Below are positions 1 to 10,300 of a stretch of DNA of 64,000 nt, piece by piece. A program made the position numbers and the translations under genes. Under the pieces are notes generated by a model. It ran no database searches and had not been told where the DNA came from. It saw only the letters and a program-made list of their open reading frames with translations. The stretch is taken from positions 640,001-704,000 of the forward strand of contig CAVSHB010000001.1 of the NCBI GenBank assembly GCA_963727775.1, written 5' to 3'. Source of the DNA: an uncultured Nitrospiraceae bacterium. Its GTDB lineage: Bacteria; Nitrospirota; Thermodesulfovibrionia; Thermodesulfovibrionales; SM23-35. How positions within the stretch are numbered: the first letter of the stretch is position 1; every line of letters begins with the position of its first letter.

Positions 1-12
1 TTCAATGCTCTA

Positions 13-1281
13 ATGAAAAGCACTGATACATTATGGATTGCTACTCAGAACTCACCGGCTACTATGCAGCTCACCGGAACGTATTCAGCCGGCAGCAGCC
101 TACCGCATATCTGGTTCCAGCAGGATGTTTTCAGCAACAACACCGGCAATGGCACCAAAACCACGTTTGACGGAGGCGCTTACCGGGGCTTTATCGGCGG
201 AACAGAAATCAGCAATGCATCTGAAGCAGCATTTTTAGGCCTTTTCATAGACCCTTCAGGGAATACAGGATTTCTGAAAGGCAATGTGACCGGTACGACG
301 ACCGGCTCGTCTTTGTCAATGAATGGAGGTTTATATCCGGTCAGGATCGGGACGAGTACCATAAGCCCGGCAGACTTTTATAATGCCATCTCAACAAGCG
401 TGTTCTCTGTCAATGGTCCAAGCTTCACAAATGATGTCTTAAATATCAACGTTGTATCAGGGGCCGGCCAGACTATGAACATCAATGGCCAGAACGACTG
501 GGGAATTTCTCAGATACTGTTAAACGGAACATATACGGATAGCGTCAATGATTCCTGGTCTCTGTCCCTTAGCAACTCCTCTGACACGGGGCAATTCAAT
601 GCAGACCTTCAAGGGAATAAATGGTCGCAGAACAAGGTCAATGCAGCAGGCTCAGGATACTGGGTTGATGCAAGTACTGCTTCTCCCCTGACGGGGATAT
701 ATATCGGAGAGACCATCGGGACTTTCAATCCTGCAGACCATACGTGGCAGGCGGTTTCATCCGGTATATTGCTTGAGACGAACAGACTGCTTCAGATGGC
801 GTCTACCGCAAACGGCAGAAACAGTCTCCAGCAGCTGAACATCCCGGCCTTTGAGGTGGGCAGGACCAGCCTCTCGGGCTCTCTCATAGAAGGGCAGAGC
901 GGTTCTTTTGATCACGTAAGCGTATTTATGAACGACGTAGTATTTCTTGCCCCTTCCACAGGGCAGAAGCCCGGCATATGGGCAACAAATGCAGTGAGCG
1001 GGCAATATGATTTTACTCACGGGTTTATCACCCCGGCCAATATCACCGGTGCGGATAGTGTGATCGCAATCACGAACGGCGGCAATATCAGCGCAGACTT
1101 CCAGTTCAAAAACTGGAACACTGCCAATAACACGTGGACTGCGGGTGTCAATAACGGAACAGGCAATCTGAGCGGGGGTTCGTACAGCGGCCCGGTGAAT
1201 TTCAACGGCGTTGCGGCAGGTACGCGCACAGGCATAAACTCAGGCTCTTTCACAGGGACGGGAGCGGGGACTGTGAGATGA
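13..1281 (+). CDS. C-terminal part of a large Gly/Ser/Thr-rich beta-strand surface protein (TbpB/FecR-associated-like); 5' end probably outside the window
   Basis: Frame is open from the window edge; beta-rich composition ending GSFTGTGAGTVR; family assignment is by resemblance only. Confidence 0.6.
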   Translation: MKSTDTLWIATQNSPATMQLTGTYSAGSSLPHIWFQQDVFSNNTGNGTKTTFDGGAYRGFIGGTEISNASEAAFLGLFIDPSGNTGFLKGNVTGTTTGSSLSMNGGLYPVRIGTSTISPADFYNAISTSVFSVNGPSFTNDVLNINVVSGAGQTMNINGQNDWGISQILLNGTYTDSVNDSWSLSLSNSSDTGQFNADLQGNKWSQNKVNAAGSGYWVDASTASPLTGIYIGETIGTFNPADHTWQAVSSGILLETNRLLQMASTANGRNSLQQLNIPAFEVGRTSLSGSLIEGQSGSFDHVSVFMNDVVFLAPSTGQKPGIWATNAVSGQYDFTHGFITPANITGADSVIAITNGGNISADFQFKNWNTANNTWTAGVNNGTGNLSGGSYSGPVNFNGVAAGTRTGINSGSFTGTGAGTVR

Positions 1282-1304
1282 TTTCTTCTGAAAATACCTC
1301 CCCT

Positions 1305-1327
1305 TCCCCTCCTTGCAAAGGAGGGGA
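1305..1327. repeat. Perfect 10-bp-stem hairpin (REP-like or terminator) between the two surface-protein genes
   Basis: tcccctcctt-gca-aaggagggga. Confidence 0.6.
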
Positions 1328-1390
1328 TTAAAGAGGGTGGTACTGATAAAATATCCTTAATTTAGTCATCAGTCGTGGGGGGATCTGACT

Positions 1391-4300
1391 ATGAAAAAGC
1401 TTAATACCTTAATCTTTGCCATTATTATCTTTAACATCTTTCTTATCACAGGGATACTGATTCCACTTAATTCCGATGCAGCAACTCAAACCATGTATAC
1501 ACCAAACTGGGACACTAACACTATTAGCAAGGCAAATCTTGATGGCTCAGGCGGAGTCAGCCTCAACCTCGGGCTGTTAAATTACCCGTTTGGCATAGCA
1601 ATATCCGGCGAGAGGATGTATGTAGTCAATTATCAAAATAGCAAGGTTATCCGGGCAAATCTTGATGGCACTGGCGCACAAGATATCGGCAACCCCGGAA
1701 GCTTTCTCAGTAATCCGACGGGCATAGCGATATCCGGCGGAAAGATGTATATTGTTGCAATCGACGTGTCCCCTTACAAAGTTGTCCAGGCAAATCTTGA
1801 TGGCACTGGTGCACAAGATCTCGGCAACCTCAACGGTACGCTCAATGTGCCGAGAGGCATAGCAATAGACCCTTCAGGATACATATATGTAGCCAACGCT
1901 GGCGGCAACAACATCAGCAAAGCGGATATTAATGGTGGAGGTGGAGTGAGCCTTGATATCAGCGGACTATGCAACACGCCCGATGGCATAGCGATATCAG
2001 GCGGCAAGATATATGTTGCTTGCAATGGCAGTCAAAACATTGTCCGGTTAAATCTTGATGGCACTGGTGTGCAAAACCTCGGCAACCTGGGAGGGCTAAG
2101 CAAGCCGACGGGCATAGCGATAGACGCTTATGGCGGCAAGATGTATGTAGTGAGCAGTGATAACGGAAATGGCAATCAAAAAATTGTCCAGGCAAATCTT
2201 GACGGTACTGGTGGAACAAACCTAGGCAACTTAAGCGGCGTGCTACATTTTGGGCAGATGATTGCAATATTCACACAGCATAATCTTACGGTAACGAAGA
2301 CCGGCAACGGAACGATAATAAGCCTTCCTGCGGGTATTAATTGTGATACCGATTGCAACGAATTATATACCGAGGGAACTGTCGTTACCCTGAAGGCCAT
2401 TCCTGACGCAGGTTCGTACTTCAATGGATGGACGGGTGACTGCGTGAGTCAGGCATTGGAGTGTAAAGTGACGATGGATGCGGCGAAGAATGTTACCGCC
2501 AATTTCACAACTACTCCTCCATCCGTTCAAACCTGGGCAAAAACCTATGGCGGCACAGGTGGAGATTGGGCCAATTCCATCCAGCAGACCTCGGATGGCG
2601 GTTTCATTGTATCTGGTGCTACCGCGTCATTTGGTTCAGGCAGTAATGATGCATGGATATTGAAGCTTAATGCGGACGGAACAGTAGCATGGCAGAACAC
2701 CTATGGCGGAACGGGAGATGATGGTGCCGGTGCTATCCAGCAGACCTCGGATGGCGGTTACATTGTGGCTGGTAGTACCGCGTCATTTGGCGCAGGCAGT
2801 GCTGATGTATGGATATTGAAGCTTAATGCGGACGGAACAGTGGCATGGCAGAACACCTATGGTGGAACGGGAGATGATGGTGCCGGTGCCATCCAGCAGA
2901 CCTCGGATGGCGGGTACATTGTGGCTGGTAGTACCGCGTTATTTGGCGCAGGCAGTGCTGATGCATGGGTATTGAAGCTTAATGCGGACGGAACCGTAGC
3001 CTGGCAGAAAACCTATGGCGGAGCGGGCAATGATTATGCCAATTCCGTCCAGCAGACCTTAGATGGCGGGTACATTGTGGCTGGTTATACAGATTCATTT
3101 GGTGCAGGTTACGGCGATGCATGGATATTGAAGCTTAATGCGGATGGAACCGTAGCATGGCAAAACGCTTATGGTGGAGCGGGTGCTGATTATGCTGCTG
3201 CCGTCCAGCAGACCTCGGATGGCAGTTACATTGTGGCTGGTTATACCAATTCATTTGGTGCAGGTTCCGGCGATGCATGGATATTGAAGCTTAATGCGGA
3301 CGGAACCGTAGCCTGGCAGAAAACCTATGGCGGAGCGAGCGATGATTATGCCACTGCCGTCCAGCAGACCTCGGATGGCGGTTACATTGTGGCTGGTCGT
3401 GCAGATTCATTTGGTGCAGGTTACGGCGATGCATGGATATTGAAACTTAATGCGGATGGAACAGTGGCCTGGCAGAAAACCTATGGCGGGGCGGGAGATG
3501 ATTATGCCTACTCCGTCCAGCAGACCTCGGATGGCGGTTACATTGTGGTTGGTCGTACAGATTCATTTGGTGCAGGCGGTACGGATATATGGATATTGAA
3601 GCTTGATTCGGCTGGGAATATATCCGGATGCCCTTCAGGATTAATAGGGGTAACAAATGTATTAGGAAGTAGTGCAGGTGCGACTTTGACAGGTACGGCA
3701 GTGATAGCTGCAGGCACTGCTGTTAGCCCTCAGACAAGCATTGCAACTGTAACAGACACGAGCGTTTCAGGGGCGGTTATATGTACCGGTTTGCAGGAGT
3801 ACATGCTGACGGTTGCGAAGTCAGGCACAGGAGTCGGTTCTGTAACAAGCTCTCCCGCAGGTATCAATTGTGATACTTCGAATTTCGACTGTTCTGGGTT
3901 ATATCTTTCAGGCTCTGTCGTAACCCTTACTGCGTCAACGTATTCGGGCAATGCATTTACAGGCTGGTCAGGAGGCGGGTGCACCGGCACAGGAACCTGT
4001 GTTGTAACTGTAAACGCTCCCGTAACGGTAACCGCAAACTTTGATGCGGTGCCGACTTATCAAATGTCTGTTGTCCCATCAGGCACGGGTGCCGGCAGGG
4101 TAACAAGCACACCCGGCTATATCGACTGCAGTACAAATTGCGGTGACTGTTCTTGCGGGCAAAGTTACAATGAAGGCACAGCAGTCACACTTTCTGCAAC
4201 AGCTGATCCGGGGTCGGTATTTACCGGATGGACAGTCTCGGGCAATCCGACCGCTTGTCCCGGTACCGGAAACTGTCAGGTAACTATGAGCGCTGACCAG

Positions 4301-7300
4301 TCGGTGACTGCAGACTTCGAATTAGGTCCTACCATCAGGGTATTGCCGGCAAATTATAATTTCGGAGATACACCTGTCTCGACTCCATTGACACGTGAAG
4401 TGACAATCTCCAATATCGGCAGCGTAGGAAATCTAAACGTTACAAGTGACATGACCTTATCTGATTCTACTAACTATTCCCTGGATACGGGCAGTGGCTC
4501 AAGTCCCTGCGGCAGCACGACGCCGACAATTTCTCCCAGCAGCAATTGCACAGTTGTTATCACATTCACTCCTAAATCAACCGGTATTTTCAATACAACT
4601 CTGTCAATAATTTCAAATGATCCTGTTACACCGACGATAAATGTTCCGATGTCCGGTTCCTCCGGCGCTACAGGGATCAGCTGGGCAAAGACCTATGGCG
4701 GCACAGGTGTAGATAGGGCCAATACCATCCGGCAGACCACGGACGGTGGGTATATTGTAGCTGGATATACCGAGTCATTTGGCGCAGGCAATGGCTATGC
4801 ATGGGTAATGAAGCTTGGTTCAGGTGGTGCTGTGCAGTGGCAGAAGACCTATGGCGGTGGCGGTGTCAATGAAGTGTATTCTGTCCAGCAGACCACGGAC
4901 GGTGGGTATATTGTAGCTGGATATACCAATTCATCTGGTGCAGGCAGTGGCGATGTATGGATAATGAAGCTTGATAGTGATGGAAATGTTGGGTCAGATT
5001 ATTCGGGTACATGGCAGAAGACCTATGGCGGTGGCAATGTTGAGGTAGTGTATTCTATCCAGCAGACCACGGACGGTGGGTATATTGTAGCTGGATATAC
5101 CAGTTCATTTGGTGCAGGCAATGGCGATGCATGGATAATGAAGCTTGATAGTGATGGAAATGTTGGGTCAGATTATTCGGGTACATGGCAGAAGACCTAT
5201 GGCGGTGGCAATGTTGATGCAATGTATTCTATCCGGCAGACCACGGACGGTGGGTATATTGTAGCTGGATATACCGATTCATCTGGTGCAGGCGATAGCG
5301 ATGCATGGGTGATGAAACTCAACACAGACGGAAGCGTTGCATGGCAGAAGACCTATGGCGGTGCAGGTTCGGAGTATGCCTATCCCATTCAGCAGACTAC
5401 GGACGGTGGGTATATTGTGGCTGGAGGTACGTATTCATTTGGTGCAGGCAATGGCGATGCATGGATAATGAAGCTTGATAGTGATGGAAATGTTGGGTCA
5501 GGTTATCCCGGCACATGGCAGAAGACCTATGGCGGTGCAGACTATGACTTTGCCAATTCCATCCAGCAGACTACGGACGGTGGGTATATTGTAGCTGGAG
5601 GTACGTATTCATTTGGTGCAGGCAATGGCGATGTATGGATAATGAAGCTTGATAGTGATGGAAATGTTGGGTCAGGTTATCCAGGCACATGGCAGAAGAC
5701 CTATGGCGGTGCAGGCAATGATTATGCCAATTCTATCCAGCAGACTACGGACGGTGGGTATATTGTAGCTGGATATACTGAGTCATTTGGTGCAGGCAAT
5801 GGCGATGCATGGGTACTGAAGCTTGACTCGTATGGAAATATATCCGGCTGTGCGGCAAGTCTAATAGGTATCACAAATACAAATATATCAGGGATTGATA
5901 CGAATGCTACGGTAACTGATACCAGCGTGACAGGGATAGACACCTCCGTTACTCCACAACCGAGCAGCGCAACCGTAGCCGATACCGGCGTGACAGGTTT
6001 AGATATTTGTCCTCCATTAGGGTCTGTCCTCGATAATCCTTCCTTGACATGGACAACCGGCGGTGATGCACCCTGGTTCGGTGAGACGCTTTTCTCGATT
6101 GACGGGGATGCAGCGCAGAGCGGCGCTATTTCTAATGGGCAGAGTTCAACACTGCAGACGACTATCAATCCCTCTCAAGATGCTATTTTATCATTTTACT
6201 GGAAGGTCTCATCCGACCCTGCTCATGCTTTTTTGACTTTTTATATAGACGACATTGAACAATCAGGAGGACATATAAGCGGCGAGGTTGACTGGCAACT
6301 GAAACAGTATCCAATTTCAGCGGGTACCCATACCATCAAGTGGATTTATTCAAAAGATCCGTCAGCAAGCATCGTTAATTATGATGCGGGCTGGGTTGAT
6401 AAGGTGCAATTGGCAACATTATATAATCTGACAGTCAATAAAACAGGCAGCACAGGAGAGGGAACCGTAATAAGCCTGCCACCCGGCATCAACTGTGATC
6501 TATCGAATACTGACTGTTCTGAAATGTATGGAGATGGCTCTGTCGTTACCTTAAAAGCCGTTCCTGCTGCAGGTTTCTATTTTGCAGGCTGGTCAGGTGA
6601 CTGCGTCAGTCAAGCATTGGAGTGCAAGGTTGCGATAGATGCAGCGAAGACTGTTACCGCCAATTTTACGACTACACCTCCGATAGTGCAAACCTGGGTA
6701 AAGGTCATCGGAGACGCACAGGATGATGAGGCTAATTCTGTACAGCAGACATCGGATGGAGGGTATATTGTTGCGGGTACAAAAGACGGCGGCAGTGAAG
6801 GAACAGGTGATTTCTGGATAATGAAATTAACGGCTGCAGGTGATATCTCCTGGCAGAAGACTTATGGCAACGCAGATTCAGATTGGCCTTATTCTCTGGA
6901 GCAGACTGCGGACGGCGGCTTTATAGTGACCGGTATGACCGGTTATGGAGAATCCGGCAGCGGGCTTATCTGGATGTTAAAGCTCGATAAAGACGGAAAT
7001 ATAGAGTGGCAGAAAGAGTCTGATGGGTATAGTGAGCGCGGGAAGGCCATACACCAGACGTTTGATGGCGGGTATATAGTTATAGGCGAAACCAATTCAA
7101 GCGGCGCCGGATCGCAAGATATTCTGGTTTTAAAACTTGATAAAGACGGAAATATTCTGTGGAAAAAGACTTATGGCAGCGACGGGTATGAAGGAGCCAA
7201 TGATATAAAGCAGACTACAGATGGCGGGTACATTATTTCAGGCTATTCGGGGACCCTCGGCTCCGGAGCCTTTGATGCATGGATAATAAAACTTGATAGT

Positions 7301-10300
7301 AACGGAAATGTGGGGACAGGTTTTCCAGGTACGTGGCAAAAGACCTTTGGCGGAGGCGGCTCTACGAATGATTACCTGTCATCCATTCAGCAGACGTCTG
7401 ATGGCGGGTACATTGCTGCCGGAAATACCGAATCTTTTGGAGAAGGCAGTACCGATTTGTGGGTATTCAAGCTGCTTGCAAATGGTGATATTGACTGGCA
7501 AAAAACATTCGGAAGTACCGGCAATGAAGGGGCCAGTTCCGTACAGGAGGTCTATCAGGGAGGATATGTAATTGCAGGCAGCGGTTTTGACGGCAGCTGG
7601 ATATTGAGACTCGATCAATCCGGGAATAAGATATGGGAAAAGACCTACGGAAATTCAAGCAATGACAATGCCGCATCTGTCCGGCAAACATCGGATAACG
7701 GTTTTATTGTTGCAGGCTGGACTTCGTACCTCGGCAACAATCGTTTCCTGATTGCGAAGCTCGATGCTGATGGAGATGTTGGAGGCTGTTCGTTTATCAG
7801 TTCTGCTGCAAATTCCACAATGCATAATATAAATGCAGTTGTAGGGAACAGTTCAGGAACAATGGGAATCTCTTCAGATACACTCCAGTCAACTTTCGCT
7901 ACAGTCACACCTACAAGTGTAACAGAGGCGAATGTATGCAGCGGAACAGTTATTTTGTGGATCGGAGGAGACGGCAACTGGAGCGACCCTGCAAAATGGA
8001 GCTCCGGGTCTGTTCCGCTGGCAACTGACGATGCTCTGATAACCGTAGACGGCGATTATACGGTAACGGTGGCTTCGGACGCTGCAATACACAACCTGAC
8101 CCTCGGCGGCGCGTCCGGCACTCAGAAGCTTTCGATTAGCAACCCCTTTACATTTACAATAAACGGCGCAAGCACAATCAATAATCATGCCGGAATAGAC
8201 CTGAGCGGAACATTAAATGCAATCGGGGACATGACAATGAACGGCGTCCTGACCTGGAGCGGCGGGACGATCACCGGAGCCGGGGCTTTGATCATAAACA
8301 ACCAGGCGGTACTGAGCGGTACGGATATGACACTTGACGCAAAAACTGTAATCAATAATTCCTGGGTGTCATGGGTATACGGGAATGTTTATTTCAACAA
8401 TGGGGCGCAGTTCAATAATCAGGTCGGCGCGATATTAAGTATAGAGGCGGATTATAGTGCTTCCAGTAGCGCAGGCACCGGCGGTGCATTCAACAATAAC
8501 GGCGGCTTTATTACAAAAAACACAGGCACCGGGACGACGACTCTATCTAACATTGCATTCAATAATGACGGTACAGTGAGCATCGAGAGCGGTACGATTA
8601 AATTCGATAGCTCCATGTCATTTTCTAATACAGGGCCCAGTCGTTTGCAGGGTTATGGCACCCTTGATTTCTCGGGATATCCCTTCGGATCCAACAACGG
8701 CATCATCAGCCCCGGCACATCCATTGGTACCTTGTCCATTATCGGCAACCTCATACAGATGCCTTCGAGTGCTATAAATATCGAAATCGGAGGTACTGCT
8801 CAGTACGACCAGTTGAATATCAACGGCGCTGTTACTTTGGGCGGTACGCTGAATGTGAGTCTGACAGGAGGCTTTACTCCGAGTATAGGCGATACATTCA
8901 CCATCCTGAATTATATATCAAAAAGCGGAACCTTCAGCACTCAAAACCTGCCTTCACTGACGGGAAAGCAATGGAATGTAAACATTGGAGCGACCTCTGT
9001 TGTTTTAACCGTTACATCCAGTGATACCACCCCGCCAACTGTAAGTTCCACGAGCCCGGTTAACAGTGATACAAACGTCCCTATTACCTCGAATATCTCC
9101 GCGACCTTCAGTGAGGCGATGGATGCCTCGACGATCAACGGCTCGACATTCACTGTTAGTGGTGGCGTCACAGGCACTATCAATTATGATGCAATAACCC
9201 ATACCGCCACATTAACTCCGTCTGCGAATCTCGCCTACAGCACGATATACACGGCAACTATTACCGCAGGAGTAAAAGATGTAGCCGGGAATAATATGGC
9301 AGCAGCCTACACATGGACTTTCACTACAGCGGCAGCGCCTCCATGTACATACACATTTAATAATCCGGCAAGTGCGAACGTTCCGAATACGGGCGGAAAC
9401 AACCTCAGTTTCACAGTCACTGCTTCTTCACAGAGTTGTGTTTGGACAGCGAGCAGTAATAATCCCACATGGATCACCAGTGTATCAGGTGGCGCAACGG
9501 GTAATGGAACGGTGACCTATAACGTGTCCGTCAACACAGGGCTTGGCCGGTCCGGTTCGATATCGGTCGGCAGTCAGTCCTTCGTTGTTAATCAGGCGGC
9601 GGAAAACACCCCTCCAACCGTGACCGGTACGAACCCGGTTAACAATGCTACAAGTGTGCCAATTACCAGTGCTGTCTCTGCGACCTTCAGTGAGGCAATG
9701 GATGCGACAACAATAGCAGGGGCAACATTCACCTTAACCGGGGCAGCGGGTGGAGTGACGGGTACAGTTGCATATAATGCGGGGACAAACACTGCAACCT
9801 TTACGCCGTCTGCAAACCTTGCCTACAACACGACATATACGGCAACGATCACAACAGGAGTAAAAGACGTTGCAGGAAACAACATGGCGTCAAACTATAC
9901 ATGGAGTTTTACAACAGCGCCCCAGTATATGCTTAATGTGACTAAAACGGGTACGGGCAGTGGAACAGTAACAGGCAACACACCGCATACGGAGATCAAC
10001 TGCGGAAGCACTTGCAGCGCATCTTATGCCGCAGGAACAAATGTAACTCTTACCGCCGCACCGGCGGCAGGTTCAGGCTTTGCCGGATGGTCTGGGGCAT
10101 GTTCGGGAACCAACAGTTCATCAACCGTGACAATGGGTGGCCCCAGGACATGCACGGCAACATTCAGTGATATTGTTTATCCCACAGTCAGTTCTGCTGC
10201 TCCGAACAGTGGCGCCACAGGTGTTCCTGTGAATACATCCATCTCCGCGACCTTCAGTGAGGCGATGAACGCTTCAACAATAACAGGGGCGACCTTCACC

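Noticed and set aside
2530..5830. Regular repeats with variable inserts, resembling CRISPR or DGR arrays
   Set aside because: They are in-frame coding repeats of 156/174 nt; no cas or reverse transcriptase gene in the window.
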